Of a DNA stretch of 64,000 bases, positions 1 through 11,088 are shown one piece after another. The translations under genes were made by a program, and so were the position numbers. Below the pieces are notes generated by a model that did no database searches, was not told the DNA's origin, and saw nothing but the letters and a program-made list of their open reading frames with translations. The stretch spans positions 223,831-287,830 of the forward strand of contig JBMFVE010000001.1 in NCBI GenBank assembly GCA_049966155.1. The letters are read 5' to 3'. Within the stretch, counting starts at the first letter, position 1. The number at the start of each line of letters is the position of its first letter. Source of the DNA: Candidatus Kryptoniota bacterium. Its GTDB lineage: Bacteria > Bacteroidota > Ignavibacteria > Kryptoniales > JAKASW01.

Positions 1-1502
<1,502 letters not shown>

Positions 1503-1589
1503 GGCCTTTCTGTATTCCTGAATCTTAATCTAACCAAACCAGCTCACTGAATCAACGAGAAGGGAACCAATTATATTAGCCGGGTCCTA

Positions 1590-3302
1590 TCAGGCGAACT
1601 TTATGCAAACCATTGTAATGTCATCACTTTGAGCAGCTGAGCCAGCAAACTTTACAACTGATTCCAATACCCTTTGAGAGATTTCCTCCGCACTTCTATC
1701 CTTATTTGCTAATAAAACTGCTTCCAATTGATCTTCACCATATTGTTGTCCACTCTCATTTAACGCTTCGCTGACACCATCAGTGAACATGAATAGTAAG
1801 TCCCCACAACCAATTGGCAGAGATTCCTGGCAATATTCGGCAGAAGAGAGAACACCCAGAACTATCCCCCCTGATTCAAGCCTTTCAACCTGGCCATTAT
1901 TCCTGATCAAATAGGGGTAGTTATGCCCCGCATTTACGTAGCTAATTGCTCCATCCGCGGGATTATAAAATACACCAAAAAAAGTAACAAACCGATCAAA
2001 GTCCGTATTTCTGTAAATTATCTCATTTAGCCTCCGGGTAATCTCTGAAAGTGGAAGACCTGCCTCTGCAAGCGCCCTGAACGCTGACTGAAGGTTTGCC
2101 ATGAGCAATGAAGCAGGGAATCCCTTGCCTGACACATCAGCAATTGCTGCACAAAGCGAATTATCTCTCAAAGCCATTATATCATAGTAATCCCCACCGA
2201 CCTGTTTTGAAGGGAGATTTAAAGCTGAGATTTCACAGTAGTTGAATTGGGGAAGTTGACGTGGAAAAAGGTGTTCCTGAATTGTCCTGGCGAGATTCAG
2301 CTCCTCTTCGAGCCTTTGCTTCGCCAGAGACTCCTGGAACAGCCTCGCATTTTCCACAGCAATTGCAGATAAATTACATATGGATGAGATCAATTCTATT
2401 TCTGCATCGGAGTATCCTTGCATACTGATCCTCTCTCCTAGAATAAGAATGCCCACGTGCTCACGTTGAAACCGAAACGGAACCAGCACCTCAGCCCCTA
2501 GATTTTGTAGCCTTTTAATTAGTTCATTATCACCGACGATCTCAGACAGCTTAATGGGTTTTTCAATACCGCACAGATCTCCAAATTCTATCTCTTCAAT
2601 TCCTTTCATCCTGTTTACAACCACACGGGCTCTACCGTTTCCTTTGGGGTCGTTAAGACAAATGGCATACCTTCTAACACCAGTCTGACCCATTATTGCA
2701 AACTCGAGTGTCCTCACCACTCGGTCCTCATTTACTATCAGGCCAAATTCTTTTGAGAGATCAAAAAGAGTCTGAAGCTCCTGGATTTTGCGCTGGAGCT
2801 CAATATTTGAAAGCCTGTACTGCTCAAGCACATCTGCATTTTCAATTGCTGCAGCAGATATATTACATAGAGCAGTAACAAATTCTTTTTCGTCGTCAGA
2901 TAGTTCTTCTGCTAGCATCTTCTTACCAAGAAAGAGATATCCAATTAGTTTGCTAGCAGTTCTAATAGGAAAGATATAACTTGTCATGTATTTAGCAAGT
3001 TCCCTGAAGTGTCGGTTCGCACTTGCCGTCACAAAAACAGGTCGATCAATATCTCGAAGAAAAAGCTCATTTAAAATATCAGCTGGAATTCGGATCCCCT
3101 TTTCTATGGACACCATCTTACCTGAGGCAAGCCTGACAACAGAAAGACTCTTACTAACCATCAACTTGCCCATGGACGCAAGCATAATATGGTTCAAAAT
3201 AAACTTGAAATCTAAAGACGATGTGAGTATCGTTGCCGTCTCTATAAAGGAAGACAGCTCAATAAGTGCTTTGTTGACTTTAAACTTATCCTTCTGGCTC
3301 AT
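1590..3302 (-). CDS. Cytoplasmic GAF-domain PP2C/SpoIIE-family serine phosphatase (RsbU/RsbP-like)
   Basis: 570 aa. The C-terminal PP2C motifs are QVGGDYYDI, DVSGKGFPASLLM, FMFTDGVSEA and DDITMVCIKF. The N-terminal two thirds look GAF-like. Confidence 0.85.
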   Translation of the reverse strand: MSQKDKFKVNKALIELSSFIETATILTSSLDFKFILNHIMLASMGKLMVSKSLSVVRLASGKMVSIEKGIRIPADILNELFLRDIDRPVFVTASANRHFRELAKYMTSYIFPIRTASKLIGYLFLGKKMLAEELSDDEKEFVTALCNISAAAIENADVLEQYRLSNIELQRKIQELQTLFDLSKEFGLIVNEDRVVRTLEFAIMGQTGVRRYAICLNDPKGNGRARVVVNRMKGIEEIEFGDLCGIEKPIKLSEIVGDNELIKRLQNLGAEVLVPFRFQREHVGILILGERISMQGYSDAEIELISSICNLSAIAVENARLFQESLAKQRLEEELNLARTIQEHLFPRQLPQFNYCEISALNLPSKQVGGDYYDIMALRDNSLCAAIADVSGKGFPASLLMANLQSAFRALAEAGLPLSEITRRLNEIIYRNTDFDRFVTFFGVFYNPADGAISYVNAGHNYPYLIRNNGQVERLESGGIVLGVLSSAEYCQESLPIGCGDLLFMFTDGVSEALNESGQQYGEDQLEAVLLANKDRSAEEISQRVLESVVKFAGSAAQSDDITMVCIKFA

Positions 3303-3729
3303 CCTTTAAATAACGCACCAGCCTGACTTCGTTTACAGCTTCTTTCTCCCGGTATTCAACGCTATCCATCAATTTTTTCATGAGATAAATCCCAAGCCCC
3401 CCGCGTTTGTGGATCCTCGCATATTCACGAACGTTGGGAACTGGAACTGAAGCCGGGTCAAAACTCAAGCCCCAATCGCGGACAATGATTGAGAACTCAG
3501 ATTTGTGTGCACGAATGATCACTTCAAATTGAGCTTCCTTTTTTCCCTTATACGCATGCTTGATCACATTGGTGCAGGCTTCATCTACAGCCAGCGATAT
3601 TTCTGATGCCTCCTTTTCACCAAACCCAAATTTCCTGGCATTTCCAGTTACAAAGGCACGGACTTCCGACAAAGAGTCAGTACTGCTTTTAAATATCTTT
3701 TTTTCTTCTATTTTTTCGAGACGATTCAT
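3286..3729 (-). CDS. Anti-sigma-factor-type serine protein kinase (RsbW/SpoIIAB-like, HATPase_c)
   Basis: 147 aa with N-box EACTNVIKHAY and G-box GGLGIYLMKKLMD. Its 3' end overlaps the downstream phosphatase start by 17 nt. Confidence 0.85.
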   Translation of the reverse strand: MNRLEKIEEKKIFKSSTDSLSEVRAFVTGNARKFGFGEKEASEISLAVDEACTNVIKHAYKGKKEAQFEVIIRAHKSEFSIIVRDWGLSFDPASVPVPNVREYARIHKRGGLGIYLMKKLMDSVEYREKEAVNEVRLVRYLKDEPEG

Positions 3730-3759
3730 TAATCCGGTAGTTTAATCATTTTAATTGAA

Positions 3760-4107
3760 TTAGCTATTGAATTTCTCCAGTGCTTCTTCTTGACTGGAGT
3801 AAATTTCATAAAGGATTGGAAATCCAAGTAAGTCAAATACATTGTAAACCTTCGGCTGTAGTTCTGCCAGCTTTATATCTCCATTGTTACTTCGAACCTC
3901 GTCAATAAATGCCATAAACACTCCAAGTCCTGCACTGGATATATAGTTTAAATCCCTGAAGTTCACCACAATATTAAATTTTCCACCCTTTATAAGCTCT
4001 GAAAAGACCTTTTCAAGGTCAGGAGCTGTGTGAGCATCGAGAAAACCATGTAATTTAACAATAACCGCTTTTCCTGAATCTCTGGTCAGCACTTTAAATT
4101 CGTTCAT
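3760..4107 (-). CDS. STAS-domain anti-sigma-factor antagonist (RsbV/SpoIIAA-like)
   Basis: 115 aa with the phosphorylatable-serine motif DLNYISSAGLGVF. It sits directly upstream of the RsbW-like kinase gene. Confidence 0.9.
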   Translation of the reverse strand: MNEFKVLTRDSGKAVIVKLHGFLDAHTAPDLEKVFSELIKGGKFNIVVNFRDLNYISSAGLGVFMAFIDEVRSNNGDIKLAELQPKVYNVFDLLGFPILYEIYSSQEEALEKFNS

Positions 4108-4200
4108 ATATATCTTCTCCGATTTTATTGATTCCTTGTGTTAATGATATTTTGTGCATGATAGCCTTTGTTTCCTCTACAGGCCTCAATTGAGTTTCCA

Positions 4201-6258
4201 TCATTTCCACTTTAAAATCAACACTGTGGTGTCATCTACAGCATCTACCCCCTGAGAAAACTCAGCAAGCGCACGAATAATGCTCCCCTTTATCTCGGTG
4301 ACTGCCTGGTTCCTGGCTTCTTTTAGTAAAGCGTAAAACCTTTCTTCTCCAAAGTCCTCACCGGCTGAATTTCTCTGGTCAGTAATTCCGTCCGTGTACA
4401 GAACCAGCAGGTCTCCAGATCTGAGCACAAAATCAGCTTCCTCCAGATGTGAACGAAACATGCCTGAATCCTCCATGCCAAGCCCTATACCCGCCGGACG
4501 GATTAAGCTTATCCCGCCATCATTCACCAGAACGGCTGGTGTATGTCCGGCACGCGCGATCAAAACACGACCAGTGTTACTGTCGAGAAGAGCATAAGTT
4601 AAAGTTATAAAGAAATTTCTCTGTAAGGTATTTTTAACTGCCTCATTAGCAGCCAACATAAAAGCTACCGGAGAAGGGGTTGAAAATGACAATGACTGGA
4701 AGACCCCCTTCATATAAGCCATATAAAAAGCCGCAGAGGTTCCCTTTCCTGAGACATCACCGACAGCAAAAGCGTACTTCCCATTCCCAATGAGCGCATA
4801 ATCGACATAATCTCCACCTACTTCAAACGCAGGGAAAGAAAAAAAGTCGAGTTCAAACTTTTCCGAATATGGAGCAGTAACAGGTAAGAGCTTTACCTGC
4901 ATATCATGCGCAACGGCGAGCTCATGATGCAGGCGTTCATTTTCCAGACTCTTTGAAAAAAGAAGGGAGTTCTGAATTGCAACAGCCGCTGTATCGGCAA
5001 AAGCAGTTATTGTCGATACCTCCTCATCATCATACGCATTTGGGATATTGTGACAGGTATATAGTATACCAACGAAACTCTCATGCGCCATCAGAGCTAT
5101 AGCCAGAAGTGATTTTCCTGTTGTATTATTCAATCCAAAAGAGCCCATTTCCTCATTATTCTGCAGGATAATCCTCTTCACATCTTTTATTTTATTCCTT
5201 ATTGACTCCATAGAATGACGTGATACTTCTTCAACAGTACAGTTGTAGACCGCCCCGATGCGGTATTTTTCTCCTGATTGATTTTTCCCGGTAGCATCAT
5301 CAAAAAGCTCAATCCATACCTTACTGGCCTGCGTCACTTCTCCAATTACGTTAACGGTGTTTTTCAAAACTTCCATTGGGTCAAGAGCATTTGTGATAAT
5401 TCGGCTGAGACTTTGAAAAGAGTCTAGCTCTCTTTTTTTTCTCTCAAAGGCTCCGGTTGTCGGAATGTGAAATATCGTGACGAAGAACGCCATTGAAAAA
5501 TAAATACAAACAAATAAAAGAAGATTAATTACAAAACCAGACATCGGGGCACTGTAAAATAACAGTACCTCTCCGGCAGGATCCTGTGACCTGAGAGCCC
5601 CAAAACCGTAACCCGCAAGAATTGCTAACAGCAATGAGTAACCTAATGCTTTATACTTCTGCTTCCGAGAAAGAAAAACAATCCAGTTCATGCTCACGAT
5701 GTGCCAGATTGTTACAGCAACGAGGATCCAGACAACTATCTCCCAGAGGGTGGTCCAGGTCCTGCTATTGGGAAAGAGTTTAATTATAGACCCCGATATC
5801 AATAATATAAGAAGTACATTAAACCGTCGTCTTACCTTACGATCTGCTTTAAATAATATCAAATCACCAGTCAGTAATAAGATTATAATTGCACCGGTTC
5901 CAGCTGTAAGTCCAAAAAGAGTTACAGCAAGCAATATGAGCATATTAGGGGGGTAATACGCCGTATGTCCCGCTGTTTCAAATGCAAGTGAACCGGCAGC
6001 AGTTATGGCTGTGAATATCAAGGTTAACCCGGCCATGTTGCGCAAAGTGGTCATCGCCCCCTTTTGTTTTCTTTGCCAAAACGAATCCAGAGCCAGGTAA
6101 ATAAAAAGGTATACCAAAATTGAAAACAAATACCTTATGAAATTAAGGTTAGGTTCGTCAAGATGAATTGCGATCCTTACCACATCGTAGAAGAGTAGAA
6201 GCGCAGCCAGTGTACCTGCCGAAGCTAAATAAAGGGTATTTTTTAAGTTTATTGCCAT
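4201..6258 (-). CDS. Multi-pass membrane sensor with GAF and PP2C/SpoIIE serine phosphatase domains
   Basis: 685 aa. The first ~270 aa are strongly hydrophobic (about 8 TM helices). A GAF-like region and PP2C motifs follow (EVGGDYVDY, DVSGKGTSAAFYMA, VLYTDGITD, DDTTVLILKW). Confidence 0.85.
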   Translation of the reverse strand: MAINLKNTLYLASAGTLAALLLFYDVVRIAIHLDEPNLNFIRYLFSILVYLFIYLALDSFWQRKQKGAMTTLRNMAGLTLIFTAITAAGSLAFETAGHTAYYPPNMLILLAVTLFGLTAGTGAIIILLLTGDLILFKADRKVRRRFNVLLILLISGSIIKLFPNSRTWTTLWEIVVWILVAVTIWHIVSMNWIVFLSRKQKYKALGYSLLLAILAGYGFGALRSQDPAGEVLLFYSAPMSGFVINLLLFVCIYFSMAFFVTIFHIPTTGAFERKKRELDSFQSLSRIITNALDPMEVLKNTVNVIGEVTQASKVWIELFDDATGKNQSGEKYRIGAVYNCTVEEVSRHSMESIRNKIKDVKRIILQNNEEMGSFGLNNTTGKSLLAIALMAHESFVGILYTCHNIPNAYDDEEVSTITAFADTAAVAIQNSLLFSKSLENERLHHELAVAHDMQVKLLPVTAPYSEKFELDFFSFPAFEVGGDYVDYALIGNGKYAFAVGDVSGKGTSAAFYMAYMKGVFQSLSFSTPSPVAFMLAANEAVKNTLQRNFFITLTYALLDSNTGRVLIARAGHTPAVLVNDGGISLIRPAGIGLGMEDSGMFRSHLEEADFVLRSGDLLVLYTDGITDQRNSAGEDFGEERFYALLKEARNQAVTEIKGSIIRALAEFSQGVDAVDDTTVLILKWK

Positions 6259-6394
6259 CGCCTTAAAATAATCTAATATTAATATTACTATACGCCAACT
6301 GTGATAATTTGTAACAGGGGAGTTGCAATATCAAATTTGAGAGATTGACGGAAAAACGCCAGATAAAGGGGTATAAATTTGATTAGTATGATAA

Positions 6395-7168
6395 TTAACC
6401 AATTATTTTAAGGATTTTTTCGTGCACATAAGGATTAGCAGCCAGTCCAGTACCACCGTAAATTGTTTTATTCCCCTTGAAGTCTGAAAAAATCCCCCCG
6501 CTTTCTTCTATTAATATTTTAACTGCGGCAACATCCCATGGCTTAATTAAAGGATCCACCATTGCCTCTGCTCTGCCGGACGCCACAAACGTGTAGCCAA
6601 AGCAATCCCCAAATCCACGATCATGATAAGCACCACTAATTAACTCCAAAAACCGTTTTTCGTGTTCGCTCCCCATGAAGTACTTCAGTCCTCCATGGAC
6701 TATTACTGCCCTGGAAATGTCTTTAACCTTGCTTACTTTTAACCTCTTCCGATTTAAGAAAGCCCCCAAACCTTTTGCTGCGTAATAAGTCTCTTTAATG
6801 CCAGGCATTTTAACCACTCCTACAACAACCTCACCCCTGTACTCGAGTGCTATTAATGTACCCCAGAACGGTATACCTCTTGTAAAATTTTTCGTGCCGT
6901 CAATTGGATCAATTATCCATCTATACTCGCTGTCGCTGGTTGATTCACCAAACTCCTCACCATAAAAGTCATGGTGTGGAAACGTTCTCTTTATTTCCCT
7001 CTTAATGCTCTTTTCGCATTTCCTGTCTGCAATGGTAACAGGGCTCGAGTCGTTTTTGTAATAAACCCTGAAGGAAGAATGAAAATATTTCATGGTGACG
7101 CTTTCGGAAAGCTTTGCCAGCTTCAGCGCAAATTCCAATTCAATGTTGAATTCTTTCTTTTGTGACAT
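6395..7168 (-). CDS. Inositol monophosphatase family protein (IMPase / HisN-like)
   Basis: 257 aa with the IMPase signature WIIDPIDGTKNF and the C-terminal WDVAA motif. Confidence 0.85.
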   Translation of the reverse strand: MSQKKEFNIELEFALKLAKLSESVTMKYFHSSFRVYYKNDSSPVTIADRKCEKSIKREIKRTFPHHDFYGEEFGESTSDSEYRWIIDPIDGTKNFTRGIPFWGTLIALEYRGEVVVGVVKMPGIKETYYAAKGLGAFLNRKRLKVSKVKDISRAVIVHGGLKYFMGSEHEKRFLELISGAYHDRGFGDCFGYTFVASGRAEAMVDPLIKPWDVAAVKILIEESGGIFSDFKGNKTIYGGTGLAANPYVHEKILKIIG

Positions 7169-7472
7169 TTAAATCTTCTCGAGCCCCCTATCCGGCACAA
7201 CCAATCTTATTTTTGCTCAATTAATTTAAACTGAACTTTAAAAAAGACTACAAAGGAGTATTTTTCTGGGCAGATTTTTTCTTCTGTTCACTTATCCTTG
7301 ACTTTATTGTCTTCTCTCTCTTGTGATGTTTTTTTCGAACGATTTTCATCTTTTTATTCATTTAAGCTCCTTACAAAAAGTTACTCTTTTTTATCAACTA
7401 TGGCTATTATTGTAGATGGTATATACACCGCACTACCGGAGCAAGAGCACCTGTGCAAATGTAACAAACAGA

Positions 7473-9980
7473 TCAATTTGTGCTGACGCCGGAAAGATTC
7501 GGATCCTTATGCTCAGTTGATGACTTTTGCTCCACAAATTTTAGCTCTCCAGTTCGCTTGTTGAGTTTGACACTGACTGTCATTCCTTCAACGAAAGTGC
7601 CTTTTAGCATCTCCTCTGCAAGCGGATCCTCCAGGTACCGTTGAATAGCTCTTCTAAGTGGTCGTGCTCCAAAAGCTGGATCAAAACCCTTCTCGGCCAA
7701 AAATTCCTTGGCCTGCTTCGTAAGCTCCAGCTTCACACCAAGTGCAGACAGTCGCTCACGCAAACTTTCGGTATGTATATCAATAATCTTTTTAATGTGA
7801 CCGGTATCCAGTGGGTGAAAAATAATTACGTCGTCAATTCGGTTGAGAAACTCAGGATTAAAAAGCCTCTTCATCGCTTCTTCAATAACGCCTTTTATCG
7901 TGCTATATCTGTCCTGTTCTGTAGGCTGCCCAAATCCAAATGAGCCTGCTGGTTTGATCTCCCTTGTCCCGATATTGGTTGTCATAATTAAAATGGTATT
8001 CTTGAAGTCAACCCTTCTTCCAAGGCTATCTGTAAGCACACCGTCATCGAGCACCTGCAATAATATGTTGAAAACATCGGGATGCGCTTTTTCAATTTCA
8101 TCCAGCAAAACAACACTGTAGGGTTTTCGACGGACCTTTTCAGTGAGCTGGCCACCCTCTTCGTAACCAATATACCCTGGAGGGGCACCCACCAACCGAC
8201 TAACATTAAACTTTTCCATGTACTCAGACATGTCTATCCTGATGAGGGCGTCTTCAGAATCAAACAAATATCTGGCTAAAGCTTTGGCAAGTTCTGTTTT
8301 TCCAACCCCCGTGGGACCCGCAAAAATAAACGATCCAATTGGACGCTTCGGATCTTTAAGTCCTGCACGGGCACGCCTGATTGCCTTTGCAAGTTTTTCA
8401 ATTGGTTCGTCCTGACCCACAATTTGCTTCTTAAGCTCGTCAGACATTTTCAGAAGTTTCGCTGATTCACTTTCAGCTATCTTGTTCACGGGAATCCCTG
8501 TCATCATTGCAACTACATCGGCAATGTGCTCCTCGGTAACCTCGTGTACCGTGGTTTCAGATTTCAATTCCCATTCTCGCTTCGCAATTTCCAAATCAGA
8601 CAAAAGTTTCTTTTCAAGGTCTCTCAGGCGAGCAGCCTCTTCAAAATCCTGTGTCTTGACAACCTTATTTTTCAGCTGTTTAACCTTTTCTATTTCTTCC
8701 TCAAGTTCAACAATCTCCTTGGGAGCAACTATATTTGCAAGGTGAACTCTCGAACCAGCTTCATCCAAAACGTCAATGGCCTTGTCAGGCAAAAATCTAT
8801 CGGTTGCATACCTGTCACTTAATTTGACAGCAGCTTCGATAGCTTTCTCAGTATACCTGACGTTATGATGCTCTTCATATTTTTGCTTGATATTATTAAG
8901 AATCTGGATGGTTTCTTCAACAGTGGTCGGTTCCACCATAATTTTCTGAAATCTACGATCGAGGGCACCATCTTTCTCAATATACTGCCTGTAATCGTCA
9001 AGAGTGGTGGCACCTATACATTGGATTTCTCCGCGTGCAAGTGCAGGTTTAAACATATTTGACGCATCAAGCGAACCTGAGGCCCCTCCAGCCCCAACTA
9101 TCGTGTGCAGCTCATCAATAAAAAGGATAACATCCCTTGCCTTTTCTAATTCATTTAGCACAGCCTTCATTCTCTCTTCAAACTGACCGCGATACTTTGT
9201 CCCGGCAACCAGCGCAGCCAGATCAAGGGTAACGACTCTTTTATTGTGCAACACCCTTGATACCTTTTTCTGAACAATCCTGAGAGCAAGGCCCTCAGCA
9301 ATTGCGGTTTTCCCAACTCCCGGCTCACCAATTAAGACAGGATTATTTTTTTTACGTCGGGCAAGCACCTGAGCCACTCTTTCAATCTCTTTTTCACGTC
9401 CGATGATTGGATCAAGCTTGTCTTCCATGGCTAGCTTTGTCAGGTCCCTGCCAAAATTATCAAGAACAGGGGTCTTTGATTTCTCTACTTTCTTTTCACT
9501 GCCCTGAGAATGTTGATTAACTGCTGCAGTCGCTTGAGATGGTTTGCCATTTATTATGTTGTCAAGTTCCTGCCTGACTGAATCGTAACTGACATTAAAC
9601 TGGTGAAGTATTTGAGATGCCACATTATCATCGTCTCTCAAAAGAGAGAGAAGCAGGTGTTCCGTACCAATCACGTCCGACTTGTAAAGCTTTGCTTCCA
9701 AATAAGTTATCTTTAAAACTTTTTCTGCCTGTTTCGTAAGCGGAATATTCCCAATGGTAAGTGTACCGCCAGAAGTCCGCACAGTGTCTTCCACCGCTTT
9801 CTTCAACTTGTAAAGGTCTACACCTAAATTTCGCAAAATCTTTACAGCTATCCCTTCTCCTTCTCTTATAATCCCGAGAAGTAGATGTTCCGTGCCAATG
9901 AAATCATGACCGAGTCGAAGAGCTTCTTCTCGACTTAACCTGATCACATCCTGCACGCGATTAGAAAAATTTCCTTCCAT
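7473..9980 (-). CDS. clpC: ATP-dependent Clp protease ATP-binding subunit ClpC-type
   Basis: Two Clp_N repeats ([22 protein letters not shown]), two AAA+ modules (Walker A GEPGVGKT and GPTGVGKT) and a UVR-like linker ([15 protein letters not shown]). The track start at 9986 is TTG. I chose the ATG two codons downstream at 9980 (MEGNFSNRV...). Confidence 0.9.
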   Translation of the reverse strand: MEGNFSNRVQDVIRLSREEALRLGHDFIGTEHLLLGIIREGEGIAVKILRNLGVDLYKLKKAVEDTVRTSGGTLTIGNIPLTKQAEKVLKITYLEAKLYKSDVIGTEHLLLSLLRDDDNVASQILHQFNVSYDSVRQELDNIINGKPSQATAAVNQHSQGSEKKVEKSKTPVLDNFGRDLTKLAMEDKLDPIIGREKEIERVAQVLARRKKNNPVLIGEPGVGKTAIAEGLALRIVQKKVSRVLHNKRVVTLDLAALVAGTKYRGQFEERMKAVLNELEKARDVILFIDELHTIVGAGGASGSLDASNMFKPALARGEIQCIGATTLDDYRQYIEKDGALDRRFQKIMVEPTTVEETIQILNNIKQKYEEHHNVRYTEKAIEAAVKLSDRYATDRFLPDKAIDVLDEAGSRVHLANIVAPKEIVELEEEIEKVKQLKNKVVKTQDFEEAARLRDLEKKLLSDLEIAKREWELKSETTVHEVTEEHIADVVAMMTGIPVNKIAESESAKLLKMSDELKKQIVGQDEPIEKLAKAIRRARAGLKDPKRPIGSFIFAGPTGVGKTELAKALARYLFDSEDALIRIDMSEYMEKFNVSRLVGAPPGYIGYEEGGQLTEKVRRKPYSVVLLDEIEKAHPDVFNILLQVLDDGVLTDSLGRRVDFKNTILIMTTNIGTREIKPAGSFGFGQPTEQDRYSTIKGVIEEAMKRLFNPEFLNRIDDVIIFHPLDTGHIKKIIDIHTESLRERLSALGVKLELTKQAKEFLAEKGFDPAFGARPLRRAIQRYLEDPLAEEMLKGTFVEGMTVSVKLNKRTGELKFVEQKSSTEHKDPNLSGVSTN

Positions 9981-10227
9981 TTTCAATCCAATAGTTTTAT
10001 TTCATTTCTTTCATTAACAATAATCAACACATCCGGGTTTCGCATTTTAAATCAACTCCTTTTCAAAAAGTCTCAAGTAAATTTAGCGATAGACCTCCGT
10101 TATGTCAAAGGTGGATCTTTTCCCTTTGTCCATGTGCTCCAGTCGTAATTTCGGAATCTTTACGAGAAAATCAAGGCAAAAATACGGGGGAGGAAAAAAT
10201 TGCCGATACTACCTTTTTCCAGAATGT

Positions 10228-10300
10228 AGCGGAGGAGGGACTCGAACCCCCGACACGTGGATTATGATTCCACTGCTCTAACCAGCTGAGCTACTCCGCC
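10228..10300 (-). tRNA. tRNA with CAU anticodon (Met, or Ile2 if lysidine-modified)
   Basis: The reverse complement folds as a cloverleaf: GGCGGAG-TA-GCTC-AGCTGGTTA-GAGC-A-GTGGA-ATCATAA-TCCAC-GTGTC-GGGGG-TTCGAGT-CCCTC-CTCCGCT-A. It has a T-loop TTCGAGT, and the 3' CCA is not encoded. Met and Ile2 identity cannot be separated by eye. Confidence 0.85.
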
Positions 10301-10371
10301 TTTCTTAACGAATTTAAATAAACCGGATACTCCCTTCAAGGCTCTATTTAAATGAAGCTATGCCAAAATTT

Positions 10372-10980
10372 TCAGTCTTCCAGATACGCTTTATCAACTA
10401 TTTTATCGCCCTGGAAACTATACACAAGAGGCACCCCCGTAGGGATATTTAGTTCTAGAACCTGATCTTTCGTAAGGTTGTCCAGATACATAACCAACGA
10501 CCTGAGACTGTTTCCATGTGCAACAACCAGCACATTTTTCCCCGCCTTTATATCGGGAAATATCTTGAATTTCCAGTAAGGGAGAACTCGTGCGGCGGTA
10601 TCTGCAAGGCTTTCACCATTCGGTGGAGCGACGTCATAGCTCCTGCGCCATATCTTCACCTGTTCATCACCAAATTTTTTTGCTGTTTCAGCTTTGTTAA
10701 GGCCCTGCAAATCACCATAGTGTCTTTCATTTAAAGCGGTGTCGTATTCTACAGGCAAATTCAGCTGACCAATCTTTTCAAGAACAATCTTTAGTGTGTC
10801 AATTGCCCTCTTGAGTTTTGAGCAATAACCCTGGTCAAATTTGTAGCTTTTTAGCTTCTCCCCCGCTGATTCCGCTTCCTTTAATCCACGATCAGAAAGG
10901 GGTACATCAATCCAGCCGGTAAAACGATTTTCGAGGTTCCACTGTGACTCCCCATGTCTCAATAAAACAAGTTTGGACAT
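10372..10980 (-). CDS. gpmA: 2,3-bisphosphoglycerate-dependent phosphoglycerate mutase (short form)
   Basis: 202 aa with the catalytic [10 protein letters not shown] motif, FTGW and the second His motif AHGNSLR. Confidence 0.9.
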   Translation of the reverse strand: MSKLVLLRHGESQWNLENRFTGWIDVPLSDRGLKEAESAGEKLKSYKFDQGYCSKLKRAIDTLKIVLEKIGQLNLPVEYDTALNERHYGDLQGLNKAETAKKFGDEQVKIWRRSYDVAPPNGESLADTAARVLPYWKFKIFPDIKAGKNVLVVAHGNSLRSLVMYLDNLTKDQVLELNIPTGVPLVYSFQGDKIVDKAYLED

Positions 10981-11088
10981 TGAATCTCCATCATATTGTT
11001 TCTCAATTACTTTAACTTACTCAAGCCTTTACGTATTAATATAACAATCATACTGCTAACGTTGAAATGAAAATTTGGCCAGTTCGTC

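Noticed and set aside
6259-6394. Sigma-54 promoters (TGGCAC-N5-TTGC), sought in intergenic regions 6259-6394, 9981-10227, 29434-29682 and 42726-42813.
   Set aside because: I saw only partial GG/GC matches (for example TGGCGT at about 6330 on the minus strand) without a properly spaced -12 element. This is not reportable without a PWM scan.
7298-7486. A 62-aa + strand ORF in the clpC/IMPase spacer.
   Set aside because: It has a TTG start in T-rich low-complexity sequence, runs into the clpC 3' end and has no motif. The opposite strand holds the more plausible small basic ORF reported as a finding.
9983-10045. A 20-codon upstream ORF (MRNPDVLIIVNERNEIKLLD) that ends 2 nt before the clpC ATG and is preceded by AAGGAG.
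   Set aside because: It is too short to distinguish from chance in a 247-bp AT-rich leader. I know of no precedent for leader-peptide control of clpC. It would need conservation or ribosome-profiling evidence.
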